From Octopus sinensis (taxonomy: Eukaryota), in NCBI RefSeq assembly GCF_006345805.1, contig NC_043010.1, positions 62,248,001-62,312,000 on the forward strand: a stretch of DNA of 64,000 nucleotides, written 5' to 3'. Positions 1 through 11,875 of the stretch are shown here, in pieces. Made by a program: the position numbers and the translations under genes. The number at the start of each line of letters is the position of its first letter. Position 1 is the stretch's first letter. The notes below the pieces were generated by a model. It did not search any database. It saw only the letters and a list, made by a program, of their open reading frames with translations, and had not been told where the DNA came from.

Positions 1-61
1 TGAATGTTTTACAGAGAAACTGCCAAAACACATATCGTCCCACACACACACATGTAAAAGG

Positions 62-278
62 ATGGGGCCTCAACGTCCTGGTTCAAATTGCTAGAAATAG
101 TAACCAAATCTCCCTCAAATCATCACACACTACTGTGTTAAAGAAAGGAAGAACACATTAGAATAATATGCTTCAAGATACATAGTATCTGAAATAAAAA
201 TAAGATTGGATGGTCATGACAGGGATGTCCTTTACCATAGATCTATTTAATTGTGGCAGATCTGGAGCAAAACAACAC
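62..278 (-). mobile_element. Old interspersed repeat, family F (probable ancient SINE 3' part)
   Basis: Shares motifs (reverse complement of GACCTATGATCAAAGG...CCAGCCGTGACCATCCC...GATTTGAGGGAGATTTGGCTGCTATTTCTAGCA) with more than 10 other copies in the window. Confidence 0.6.
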
Positions 279-489
279 ATGCAATACACACACACAGTCT
301 CTCTCTCATACACACGCACGATTTTAGACATGTACAGTTATAGTCTGGTAGATTTGTAACTATTGTTGTATTGGTTCCAGTCACAGTGGGCATCAACCCT
401 GCCACCACCAAAAACAAGGAAAATACGTTTGCCCCAAAGTTGGCCTCATTTCAATACTAAACAGACCCAATACAGCTTAACTTTGGTCA

Positions 490-710
490 TTGACCCTTTA
501 GTATCTAAAGAGGCCGTATCTGGCCTAAATATTCTATTGTTTTATGTCCACGATGGGCAGATTCAGCCTCTCACACCTGCCCTGCAATGTGATTCTAAAA
601 ATAAACAACCACATCATCAAAATCTCATGATTAACGCATGATTAATTCAATACAATGTAAATAAAAGAACATTAAATTTGAGGGAGTAACCTGAATGCTG
701 AAGGCTTTAA
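490..710. mobile_element. piggyBac-like TTAA MITE, degenerate
   Basis: Homologous along its length to 1188-1416; decayed TTAA-CCCTTT...AAGG-TTAA ends. Confidence 0.65.
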
Positions 711-774
711 CAAGGGCTGACGTTTTGTGGTGATGGACAAGATGTGAATGGATGTAACACCGGGTTTAACCTCC

Positions 775-1150
775 TGACACATGTACATAGATCACATGAC
801 TTACACTATGTCCACACATGTAGTAAATTGCTCAAGCTATTTCTCTCTCATACCTACATGTAGTACATGGATCAAGTCATATATCTATCACAATCTCTCT
901 CTCTCTCTCTATGTCTGTCTCTCATATATACACATGTTTAGTATGTGGATAAGTCTAACTCCCTTATATACACACATGTAGCATATAAACCATTTCAACT
1001 CTTTCTCTTCCATATCCAAATGTAGTGGAATGCATGAATACATGGGGCAGTTTAACCCTTTTTCTCATTCACACATGTGCAGAACATGTTGCTGTCGAGT
1101 TACTAATTCATGACTCAATCTCTCATAAACATGCTTACCACATGGACCAG
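775..1150. repeat. Degenerate ~40-bp minisatellite with ACACATGT core
   Basis: About 8 recurrences of (c)acatgt(ag)...at/gatc...ctctcat at roughly 40-bp spacing. Confidence 0.45.
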
Positions 1151-1187
1151 TCTGTTTTGGTTACAAACACTGACCGCATGGATCACC

Positions 1188-1416
1188 TTAACCCTTTGGC
1201 ATTTAATCCAGCCATATAAGGCCCCAAATATTCAATCTGTTTTATGGTCAAAGCGGCCAGATCTGGCCTCTCACACCTACTCAACAATTTCATTCTGAAA
1301 ATAAACAATCACATCAATTTCTCAAAGCTACAAGATAATGAACGATTAATTCAAAACAATATAAACAAATAAGCATAGCAGCATTTGACATAATATCCTA
1401 AATGCTAAAGGTTTAA
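1188..1416. mobile_element. piggyBac-like TTAA MITE
   Basis: TTAA-CCCTTTGGCATT ... AATGCTAAAGGT-TTAA terminal inverted repeats. Confidence 0.75.
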
Positions 1417-1619
1417 CCCTATCGTTACTGTATTTCTGTTGAGATGCTCTGTGTTTCTTTCAATTACTTTAAATATAACAAAAAATTTAGTAAAATAATT
1501 TGGTTATCATTAAGCTAGTGTTAGGAACATAAATTGTGACTAAAGTTTGGTGGAAGCTTTTAATTCAAAACTTTCAGAGCCAGAACCTGTTTCAGCCAGG
1601 TTGGTATCAAAAGGGTTAA
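1413..1619. mobile_element. piggyBac-like TTAA MITE (second family)
   Basis: TTAA-CCCTATCGTTAC ... GTATCAAAAGGG-TTAA; shares its left TTAA with the previous element; homologous to 1643-1877. Confidence 0.8.
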
Positions 1620-1642
1620 GAATTGTTTCTCTACTATATATT

Positions 1643-1877
1643 TTAACCCTTTTGTTACCATATTTCTGTTGAGATGCTCTGTGTTTCTTTCAATTAATTT
1701 TAAATATAACAAAGAATTTAGTATAATAACTTTGTAATCATTCAGCTAGTGTTAGGAAAATAAATTGTGACTAAGGTTTGGTGGAAGATTTTAATTCAAA
1801 ACTTATGAAAACAAGACATTTGTACTCAGAGCCAGAAGTATCAGAGGAATCAGCCAAGTTGGTATCAAAAAGGTTAA
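1643..1877. mobile_element. piggyBac-like TTAA MITE (second family)
   Basis: TTAA-CCCTTTTGTTACCA ... TGGTATCAAAAAGG-TTAA; further fragments at ~16480-16610 and 24313-24394. Confidence 0.8.
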
Positions 1878-2024
1878 ACCACATGTAAATATATATTACA
1901 TGTATCAACTAACATTGTGTATATACATTGGTACTGCACAGACTGTTGCACATGCTTCCAGTTCCATCCCAGTTATTCCTATCCATTCTTCTATAATGGG
2001 AGAAGCCATGTAATTCCTCTGAAG

Positions 2025-2282
2025 CAGTGGTTTGCAATCATTTTTTTTTCCACCTCTGAAACCCTTTGATTTCTATTCTACTTGGATGGACCCTCATAGC
2101 CATTTGATATTTTTAAAAATCCTATTAAATTTATATAATTAAATATTACAAGGAATTGTAGAAAAAATTGTTAACATATTTTAAGCATAGTACAAGTAAA
2201 ACCAACTCATTGCACATAAGTTTTAGCAAGAAAATCTTGTGTGGACCCCAAATGTCATCTGGACACTGGTTGAGAACCACTG
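2025..2282. mobile_element. hAT (Charlie-type) MITE
   Basis: TIRs CAGTGGTTTGCAATC / GGTTGAGAACCACTG; 8-bp flanks CTCTGAAG / CTCAAAAG (6/8 match). Confidence 0.75.
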
Positions 2283-2339
2283 CTCAAAAGAAAGAAACCT
2301 TTTCTGCTCTGGCCCTATTTTCTCATACTTTAACCCCTT

Positions 2340-2598
2340 ATTTCACTATTGTATCCCTCACTCAGGTGAAAGGGATTTCAGGGTTGTGAGTTACTTGGTG
2401 ATCTCACTAGTGCTGGTGCCATGGGAAAAGCACGTAGTACCTCTGTGAAATGGTTGATGTTAGGAAGGGCCTCCTGCCACAGACGCCATGCCAGCCAAAG
2501 CAGACATTGGAACACGATGCAGTCTTGGACCGGTAGGAACCTGCCAAACCATCCAACCAACGCTAGAATGGAAGATGGAAGTTAATGGTGATGATAAT
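2340..2598 (+). mobile_element. Family B retroposon (RTE-like tail), diverged
   Basis: GTTAGGAAGGGC motif, CCATCCAACC..GCTAGAATGGAA and (GAT)n-like tail shared with other B copies. Confidence 0.65.
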
Positions 2599-2851
2599 GG
2601 CATCACTATCTACATCATTCTTTATATACACAGTCTGATCCTTTATATACACTTGAAATCTGGAATGATATGCAGCTCATATACACCCTCCTCCACTGCA
2701 TATCACTCATATACATGCTGCTAGTAATACTATCAACCTTCATGTATATACCCTCAACATAATGCATAGATCACAGTATATATATATATATATCTTTCCT
2801 ATATACACAGTACTTGTAACAATATACACCTTCATATATATATATATATAT

Positions 2852-3046
2852 CGCCATGATTGATCGCTAGCCACTAAACCATTTTTATTTTCTCTCCCTG
2901 TTTATTTATGTGTTCCTTTCTGTCGAAGAGCAAAGGCTCAAAATATAAAAGACTTTCTCACTTCCCAAGCGTTAAACTAATACATCTGCTTGTTGTTTAC
3001 ACAGCCATCTTCATCTTTTGTTTTGTTTTTTTGTAAATTCCAACAA
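2852..3046 (+). mobile_element. Penelope-like pLTR fragment (family H) with decayed hammerhead motif at 2916-2951
   Basis: CTTT-CTGTCGA-A-GAGC-AAAG-GCTC-AAAAT-ATA-AAAG; homologous to 10165, 23330 and 24820 copies; flanked by (TA)n on both sides. Confidence 0.6.
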
Positions 3047-3062
3047 TATATATATATATATA

Positions 3063-3585
3063 CTAGACATAAGTTTCATAAACTACAAAATATAAATACC
3101 TACACTGCCACACCTGAAACGTACCTGTTATAACTCTTTATCTCAATTTGAATGTACATGAATGTATACAGAATGGCCAAACTTATTTCTGCAAATGTAC
3201 AAAGCACTGATGCTGACCATAGTTTAATCAATAAACGTAGGATCAAGGTAAATGCAGTAAAAATAGAGGGGGTCACTGGAGCCCCATTTAAGCGGCCCTT
3301 CTGAAATTGAACCTCCTTACGATACTCTCTAAGAGTTCATGGTATGAAATTCATCGTCATTGCTCTGATTTGGTTTCCAAAGCCATTTATTTAGTTTAAA
3401 ATGCAGTCAAAACAGGGGGGGTCAGTGGGGCTCCAATTAGGCAGCCCTTAAAAAAAATTTACTTCTTTAGGACATTCCCTGGAATTAGGGGAGTTGCTGG
3501 TTTAGGTTTCATTGTCCTTGCACTGACAGTCTAGGAATTAATGAACGTATCGGACAGTGAAACATCACACAAATTCATAAAAAGA
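3063..3585 (-). mobile_element. Possible non-autonomous Helitron with internal ~149-bp duplication
   Basis: Minus strand A|TC...CTAG|T ends; diverged direct repeat aaatgcagt..ggggtca..gcccct at ~3251 and ~3399; only a weak AT-rich subterminal hairpin. Confidence 0.35.
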
Positions 3586-3789
3586 TATACTCTCAATACG
3601 ATATATAGAACAGAATTCAATCTATCAGGAAGATTTGTACTGCATGGAATTTGGTACACATAGATCCATGTGGGCCGTGTGATCACAATCATCATGTTTA
3701 GCAAACACTTGATTCTACCCTGTTATGCCTCGTTCTATTACACTTGACTTCTTACACCTCTCCAACTTGAAATGAGAAAAATACAACCC

Positions 3790-3900
3790 TGGCCATGTGG
3801 TTAAGGAGCTTGCCTCCTAACAATGTGGTCTTGGGTTCAGATCCACTGTGGGCACCCCTGGCAGGTGTCTTCTACTAGAGGTCTGGGCCAAACCAAGCTC
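3790..3900 (+). mobile_element. SINE family A, diverged 5' part
   Basis: A-box and B-box-like head (GGTTCAGATCC) followed by GGCAGGTGTCTTCTACTA. Confidence 0.6.
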
Positions 3901-3914
3901 AAAGAAAAAAACTG

Positions 3915-4141
3915 GCCTTTTGTCAGTTACAGTGATGAGAGTTGACAGATTCAGTGTGACACAGAGTGTGACATGGCCGGTCGTCTGTGATACAAGCATA
4001 ACTCATTTTTGCCACCTGAGTGGGACTGGAGCCATGAGAAATAAAACATCTTGCCCAAGGATACAATGAGCTGCTGGGAATTGAACTCAGAATGTTACAA
4101 ACATGAGCCAAATATCCAAACCACTTCGCCATGTGCCTTCA
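3915..4141 (-). mobile_element. tRNA-derived SINE with CORE-like segment, diverged
   Basis: Minus strand TGAAGGCACATGGCGAAGTGG...GAGTTCAATTCC...CCTTGGGCAAGATGTTTTATTTC; related to 40490-40658. Confidence 0.55.
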
Positions 4142-4254
4142 CACAGCTGAAAAAAGCCCATCATATATGTAAATGTGTGTGTGTGTGTTTACAAGAAGTC
4201 TTACACTATGTCATTGCTGGGAATGAACATCATCATCATCATCATCATACAAGT

Positions 4255-4393
4255 GATGTGTTTTATTTTCAGTCTTGTGCGAAACATGTCTGAGGGTTAG
4301 CAAAAGGAAGAGCATCCAGCTGTAGAAAAATCTGCCTGAACAAATTCCGTCTGACCCATGCAGGGTTGGGAAAAGAGGACGTTAATTGATGAA
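4255..4393 (+). mobile_element. Family B retroposon 3' part
   Basis: AGGAAGAGCATCCAGCTGTAGAAAA...GACCCATGC...GGACGTTAA. Confidence 0.65.
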
Positions 4394-5091
4394 TAACGAA
4401 TACTAAATAACGAAATCTAGTATCAACCTCAGTTGGCTAACAACATGTGATCCATGTTGAACATGTGGAAACGGTTAAGCTAGCGTCACTGGAGGCAGAC
4501 TCAAACTGTTGAGTTGAGCTACAGATGGGCGGCTGAGCCCCCGTTTATAATTGAACTGTGCTGCGACCGTACAGGGCCATGCTACAGCAGAGTTTGATAG
4601 TCACACGCGCATGGCCGCGTTTATCAAATGAAATTTACTTAATACAATGAGTATAGAATTGTAAAGAAAAACACTATTTTATACATACATACATGCATGC
4701 ATGCTTGTATGTGTATGTGTGTGCGTGTATATATATATATATATATATACATACACATATACACATACAAACACACACATATATATATATATACAAGGTT
4801 GGAGGAGAAACAGAAAAGTGGTGGATGTATAGGAGTTATGTACGAAGACAGACAGATGTACTGAGATACAAATTGACGCAAAGAGACGTACGAGATCGAT
4901 AAGTAGACATACAGACAGATCGATAGAGAGAGTCTTATAGGCAGGCACATTGATAGATAGAAAAAAGATTTACACAGAAACGCACAAATCCCACACGTGA
5001 CACAAGTGACCTCAAAGAGCCTGGAAATATTTATTTACAAGACATTCAGAAAGACAAGCTATATTAATGGTTCCACCCTTACCACCTCATA

Positions 5092-5130
<39 letters not shown>

Positions 5131-5147
5131 ATGCGTTCGAGCCAATC

Positions 5148-5350
5148 AGGGAGGCTCAATGTGGTCGACCGACCTGTTAGAAATAGCAACCGATTTATTT
5201 CACATGCATCCTATCATCGTAAAAAGAAAGGGTCCATATACAAAAATAAATAAATAAATAAATAAATAAAATTTTAAAAAAACAGGATGATCATGGCTGG
5301 AACGGCTTCGATCATAGATGAACACAATCAGGGCTGAGTTAGCTCTAAAC
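5148..5350 (-). mobile_element. Family F repeat
   Basis: Same diagnostic motifs as the other F copies. Confidence 0.6.
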
Positions 5351-5460
5351 GTATATAAGTGTGTGTGCGTGTGCGAGCGTATGTTTATGTGTGGTTAACT
5401 ACAAGTCTGTTATTAAAACATTCACCTACAGCAATTCATTAATAGGCGCGTTTGTGTGTG

Positions 5461-5494
<34 letters not shown>

Positions 5495-5899
5495 GTGCAT
5501 GCGTGTGTGTTCGTGAGTATGTGTATGTGTGTATGTGTGTGTGCTATGAGAGGAAGAGGTGAAGGAATGTGTTAGATCAGCAAGAAAGTAGAACCACACA
5601 CACACACACACACACATACACAGCAGGTTCTCTAATTGACAATTTTCCGCCTTTTTCTTCTTCCCATTCGTCTTCATGTCCCTGCATACCCCCACCCCAA
5701 CAATTCCTTCCTTTCCACACACACACACACATACACATATATACACACACATATATACATACATACATACACATACAAAATCATAATGACGATCGTGTAA
5801 GCTTATAGACACGAGGCCTTAAGATTTCTAAAGAATCGAGAACGTTTTAACGTCCATGCTTTTATGAAGGTCACACTAATAATAATAATAATAATAATT

Positions 5900-6083
5900 C
5901 TTTTTTAATTTTTTGGCACAAGGCCAGCAGCAGTCTGTAGGGGGGTGGGGACATGAGTTAATCGATTGCTTCTTCGACTCCAGTGTTCAACTGGTACTGA
6001 ACTGATCGACCCCCGAGAGGACGAAAGGCAAAAGAAATGCGACTAAGCATTTTGTACGACGCGCTTAACCATTCCGCCAGCTC
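5900..6083 (-). mobile_element. SINE family C
   Basis: Minus strand GAGCTGGCGGAAT...GCCTTTCGTCC...GGGGTCGAT...GGCCTTGTGCCAAAA; flanked by (AAT)n. Confidence 0.65.
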
Positions 6084-6304
6084 TATAATAATAACAATAA
6101 TAATGATAATAATAATAATAATAATAATAGCTATTATTATTCCTTATCTAAGCATGGGGACGTAGAAGATGAAGTGTAACATATAATAAACATTATTTAC
6201 AATTAGATTACAAGGTGGAAATTATAATACAAAACATGGGAAAATCTGTCAAGTGGGTGAAGGGTGAACAAATTGTTGCCTCTGCGAATGGATGGATGGA
6301 TGGA

Positions 6305-7330
6305 TGTTGGTGTTCTTTAACTCCGAAGTCATCTTGGATCAAATAGACCTATGATTAAAAATGCCTTCCAGCTGTGACCGTGGCCATCCCATCTTTTGGG
6401 AGGGAAAACGGGTGTCTAAGATTATTACATTAATCTAACGTGTCTGCTCGCTTTTTTTCTTCTTCTTAAAGACAGAGCGTGATTTGAGGGAGTGTTTGGT
6501 TGTTATTTCTAACAGGTCTCGCAACCACGAAATGGGTCCCTTTTTGGATCTCACGTATGTAGCGAGGAAGGAAGCAATCAAAATATCATCAATAATGGAT
6601 ACGGGGCGGGGGAGAAATTATAAGATCTTCCATTGAACAGACACATGTCATGTAGAATATATGAGTATAGTGCGTGAGTATATATATAATATACATACAC
6701 GATGTATATAATGACGATAAACTTGAACTAGAAGAGGCGTGAAGGACTACATGGTTAATTGTTGCTATTGTTTAACCCTAGGCTAACTGTGATCGCGTCA
6801 ACCTATAATGATCATAATCGTTTCGCTTTGACCATCCCGCCTTTTTTTATGCCCCCCTCTCGACACATTATAATATTTCCTTTTTGTTTTAGGAAGACTA
6901 AGAGATTTAGTTGCTGTTTCTAGCAATCGGAGTCATTAGGTACAGGCTTGCTAATCGTAATTAGAGTAGTAGTAGTAATAATAATGCTATCAATAAGAAC
7001 ATGAAACACATCAATCATAATAGTAGTAGTAGTAGTAGTAACCTTATAGACAACAGATGACAGTCAAGTTTAATGTGTGAACCCGTGATCTCTTTTATCT
7101 CAGATCAACAAAAGACAATATGTAGGTGTGTTGTTGTCCAAGATGAGGACTAATTAAGCAGACCTTAATAATTAAAGGTGTAACAACCATGACCATCCCG
7201 TCTACGACTACACTGGCCGATGTGTCCTTCTTATTTTTAAGACTGTGGGGGTATGATTTTTCGAGAGAATTTGGCTACCGTTTCTCGTAAATCGAGCAAC
7301 TGCATACAGCCCCCCCCCTGCCTTGTTGGC
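6305..7330 (+). mobile_element. Three same-orientation family F copies (~6305-6550, 6759-6950, 7128-7330)
   Basis: Each has GACCT(A/T)..ATTAAA..TGACC(A)TCCC..GATTT(G/A)G.TG.T.TTTCT. Confidence 0.6.
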
Positions 7331-8021
7331 TCATGTAAAGATGATGATGCTGTTGGTGGTGATGGTAATGGTGCATGGTGCGATGTGTGTAAATATATAA
7401 GTCTTGTCTGTTCTGATCTCTTACCTTATCTCCGCTGTTTCATACCAATGTCGCAGTCTGTCCGTTTACATTCATCATAGTTAGTCTCTCTCTCTCTTTC
7501 TCTTTCTCGTGCGCGCGCTCTCTCATCTCCACCCGGGGTGGATGATAGTCTCTGCCGCCCCCCCCACCTCAAGGCTCTTCTTCTATTCCTTGCTCGGGAC
7601 AGATTCAGCTCTGATTTCTCTCTGACCGTCCCCTCGCTTGCTCTCTCTCTCTCTTTCTTTCTGTCTCAAACCTAACTTTGGAAAAGCGTAACGTTTGCTC
7701 TTATTATTTTGAACACATTCGAAAACATACGTGGGCAGATAAAGTAGGACGCACAGACAGACACCTAAGCAGCGGTGAAATTGTTCCCTTTACACCGTCT
7801 ATAAAGTTCCAGTTAATTATACTCCTTGCCCACCCACCCCGCTTGAAAGTTCCCTAATAGCCCCCAGAAAGCCATGACTGCCACAACCTCGCGATCTCTT
7901 CCGTTTTATATAAATTTGTGTTCTCGTGTTTAAGCGCAAATAAATCTTATGCAGAGACCAGTCTCTTGTTATTAATCACATTTACATTTAGGATGTTTAG
8001 TAGAAACATTAAACATCAGTA

Positions 8022-8158
8022 ATTGACTGGTGCTTCTGTTTATCGACCCGTAAAGGATGAAAAGCAAAGGTGACTTCGGCGAGATTTGAACTCGGAGCGT
8101 AAAGGGCCGTAACTAAATACCACGAAGCAGTTTGTCCGATGTTATAACGTTTCTGCCA
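8022..8158 (-). mobile_element. SINE family C, diverged
   Basis: ATCGACCCGTAAAGGATGAAAAGCAAAGGTGACTTCGGCGAGATTTGAACTC. Confidence 0.7.
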
Positions 8159-8844
8159 AGACATTCTTCAGGATCCCCGCAAAAGGAGCCCACCCACTTT
8201 CACAGAAATTTCTAAGTTCCTTAATCCTACATTTTGGTTACAAGGTCGAAAATGGCATTCGATTTTTTTTTATGTACTCGTATGATTGAAACAAATCTTT
8301 CCGGAAAAAACTACGTTTGTAGGACAGATATTAGAATTAACGCCAGCAGTCCGTTATTTCTTAAAGTACCCGAAACACCAGGAGAGGGTTCAGGGACAAA
8401 ATGGCATTTTTCTTATAAAATTAACTGATGTTGGATAGTATTTAAGTTTAGGTTCCATGGAAGAGCTTTGACTTACTAATATTAAATCTGAAAAATATTT
8501 TTCTAAACCAAATTAACAATTGTTGAACATATCTGAAATAGCAAAATTTCTCCCCGTGTAACTAACAACAGTATTTTAATCTTTCAATTTGTTTTTTTCC
8601 TTTCTAGATAAAACTTGAGAATTCTAGATACAATAAAATTAAATAAAAACCACAAGGGAAAACAAAACATTAATTATGTTCATAAATATTTTATTCAGTT
8701 GCAAATAAAAGCTAAACATTATTTGTGGTGATTTAATGAGGCAAAGATAGAAGTGTGAATTTAATACAGGTTAGAAATTATTGTTGGTGTGTGGAGGAGA
8801 AAGTTATAGGGTTAACACGGATTTTGGCGCCGAAATATCAACTG

Positions 8845-9700
8845 AAGAAAAAGAAGGAGGTTAGGAATAAACAGGTTTTAGTTTGGAGGGAGAAAAGCAA
8901 ATAAAGTTGGGTAGAGGAACGAGGTAGGGTGGAAGAAGGATAGAAGAGAGTGAAAGAGATGGCGGGGTGGACAGAGTGAGATATATATATATATGGTGTG
9001 TGTGTGTGTAGCAGAGGAAAAGGAAAAAGAGAGAAATATATGAATTGAGGAAAGAAGAAGGGATATACGGAAAGAGAAGAGGAAGGAAGAGGCAATAGAC
9101 CAAGAGACGAAGGGAGGGAGGGAAAACTATAGACTGAGAGAAGAGAAAGGAAGAAATAGAGACTGAGGAGAGGAAGAGAAAAAGACAGATAGGGTGAGAG
9201 AGGAGAAAAGGGAGAGGGAGATATAGATTTAGAGTAGAGAAAGTGAGAGACTGAGGAAAGAGAAAGAAAAGAAAAATATAAGTAAAGAAAGAGAAGGACT
9301 CAGACTGAGGACGGAAAGAAAGAAAGAGACAGCTAGACTGAGTGAGGAGGAGAAAGAGAGGGTTAGAATTGAAAAGAAAGGGGGAAGAAGATTGAAAGCA
9401 ATAGAGGGGATGCAGGAGAAGAAAAGGGAGAGAATAACGATGACTGAGAGGAGGAAAGAGAGAGAGAGAGAGAGAGAAATAAAGAAACTGCGAAATGAAG
9501 GAGGTGGAAGAAAGGGATAAAGTAATAAAGGAGAGAAGAAGATAGATAAATATAAATAGAGTATGAAAATTAAGAAGATGGTGGTCTAGAAAGAGAGAGA
9601 AAAAGAACAATAAAAAATAGATTATAATGGCAGTAGAAAGAGGGAGGGAGAGAGAGAAGTAATGGGGTATATAAAGAGGGAAAGAGAGACACACATGTAG
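8845..9700 (+). repeat. Polypurine (GA-rich) low-complexity tract
   Basis: About 850 bp of almost only G and A on the + strand; explains the spurious 294-aa F/L/S ORF. Confidence 0.85.
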
Positions 9701-10164
9701 ATAAAGTGATATATATACTAATAGAATGTGTGTGTACACATACATAAATTAATATATTATATAAACTAAATATATAAATGTATATGTAGGTTAAGTGCAT
9801 ACGTAAGTATGTGTGCGTGTGTGTAACAGGGGGATACTCTCATAGGGAGCTTACTAGAGGTGATTGCTGTTTCCTTTCCTGATTGAAACGATTTCACTTC
9901 GCTTCGGTTATTACTGCTCTTGGGACGGCAAAAGTGTCGTACGTTTATTTATAATTAGCGCCTTCTCTTGTCAAGACCCAATTTGACATTGTTGTTATTA
10001 TATACTTTTGGGGGCTAAGAAAGCAACACAAAATTGTATGTATGTATTATGTATATACATACATACATGCGTACGTACGTACATACATACATACATACAT
10101 ACATACATACATACATACATACATACATACATGCATACATACATACGTACATACTTGCATACAC

Positions 10165-10350
10165 AGTCCCAAACTGTAAAAATAAAGACGAAAGATTTAA
10201 AACAGGTGAGAGAATGACAAAGGTGTATTAGTTTATTAGTTTGACGCTCAGGAAAAATGGAGGAGTCTTTGACATTTCGAGCCTACGCTCTTCTACAGAA
10301 AGAAATGATGAGAGAAAACAGATGGAGAGAAATAAAAAAAAAACGGAGAC
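10165..10350 (-). mobile_element. Penelope-like pLTR fragment (family H)
   Basis: Homologous to 24820-25013; lies between (TACA)n and (TA)n. Confidence 0.6.
10266..10303 (-). ncRNA. Minimal type-I hammerhead ribozyme-like motif, variant core CUGUAGA
   Basis: UCUUU-CUGUAGA-A-GAGC-GUAG-GCUC-GAAA-U-GUC-AAAGA; stem I and stem II pair. Confidence 0.6.
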
Positions 10351-10575
10351 AAAAAAAAATCTGTCTGGATATATATATATATATATACAAATATATCAAG
10401 TAATTTGTGTGTATAATATATGTATACATATATATACATACAGGCACATATGTTAAAATAGTTATACTTCAAAAGGACCGCTTGGTTTTTTTTAACATTA
10501 TCTATATAAGATACATATATAGATATATACATATATACATACATACATACATACGTACATACATACATACATACA

Positions 10576-10609
<34 letters not shown>

Positions 10610-10667
10610 CATACATACATATATACATACATACATATATGCACACACACACACACACAGACATATC

Positions 10668-10852
10668 AGTTGTCTCGGGCGTCATCCAGCAGACGACCTA
10701 CGATCGAAAGCAGTCCGTTCATGACCCTCCCGCCTTATTGGACTACAATATCTAACGCACCCTTTCCTTAATTTATTAAGATGGCAGAGATTAATTACAA
10801 TGAGAGCTGTCTGCTACTTCTAACATGTCAATCGATCACCTACAGAATCCCC
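10668..10852 (+). mobile_element. Family F repeat
   Basis: GACCTACGATCGAAAG...TGACCCTCCCG...GGACTACAATATCTAA. Confidence 0.55.
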
Positions 10853-10879
10853 TGTGCGTATAATATAATATATATTATA

Positions 10880-10960
<81 letters not shown>

Positions 10961-11752
10961 CACATACATATATATTCATATTTGAATATACATATATATT
11001 ATATTATATTTATATCGGTACATTGTAAATGATATCGTTAGGAAAGGCATGAATATCACAACATCTAGTTTGTTCCTTGCCCTTATATATATATATATCA
11101 ATTATTATTTTATTACATCACATTTGCGTCAAGGGAATTTAGACTAGATTCGTTTCTTAAAGGGCTGAATATGAAAGCCATTGGTGGGTGTCTTTGATTT
11201 TCTTCTGTGAACAGGGAACGGGTTGGTTTGATAATAAATAGCAGTTATTTAGTAATTAGTTTAATCACTTATATCCCCGCCTCCTTGGTGAAAATTGATT
11301 TACTACCTATTATTGAAAGGAAATCGATAAAATACAATAGAGCTTTTACACAAAAGACACACACACATACATCTGTGTGTGTGTATGTATATATATATAT
11401 ATGCGCGTGTACTTGTGGTATGCGTGTATATATGTAAGCGTATGCATGCGTGTATAGTGTTCGTAAATGGAATGTGTGCGCATATGTGCGATTTGGGGTG
11501 AGTGTGGGTGCGTGCGCGCGTATGTACGAATGTGTGTGTATATGTGTGGGTGTGTGTGTGTGCTATCCCATACACAGTTTTGCGCGTTGCGGGAAGAGTA
11601 TACGTATAGGTGAGATATTGGCGGCTGTGTATATAGTGTGTGTGTGTGTGTCCGTGTTCCTTCCTTGGGTAGTATGTATATTTTTGCACGGGCGTATGTG
11701 TCTACCTACTTTCGTATAGACACACACACGTTTTATAATAATAAAATACATC

Positions 11753-11806
<54 letters not shown>

Positions 11807-11839
11807 TTAATACATACATATATAGATATAGATATTAAT

Positions 11840-11875
<36 letters not shown>

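Noticed and set aside
8822-8835. Palindromic E2F-like site TTTTGGCGCCGAAA
   Set aside because: A single short motif with no supporting promoter context
8861-9745. 294-aa ORF, the longest in the window, hydrophobic and membrane-like
   Set aside because: Translation of the pyrimidine strand of a GA-rich low-complexity tract; lack of stops is compositional
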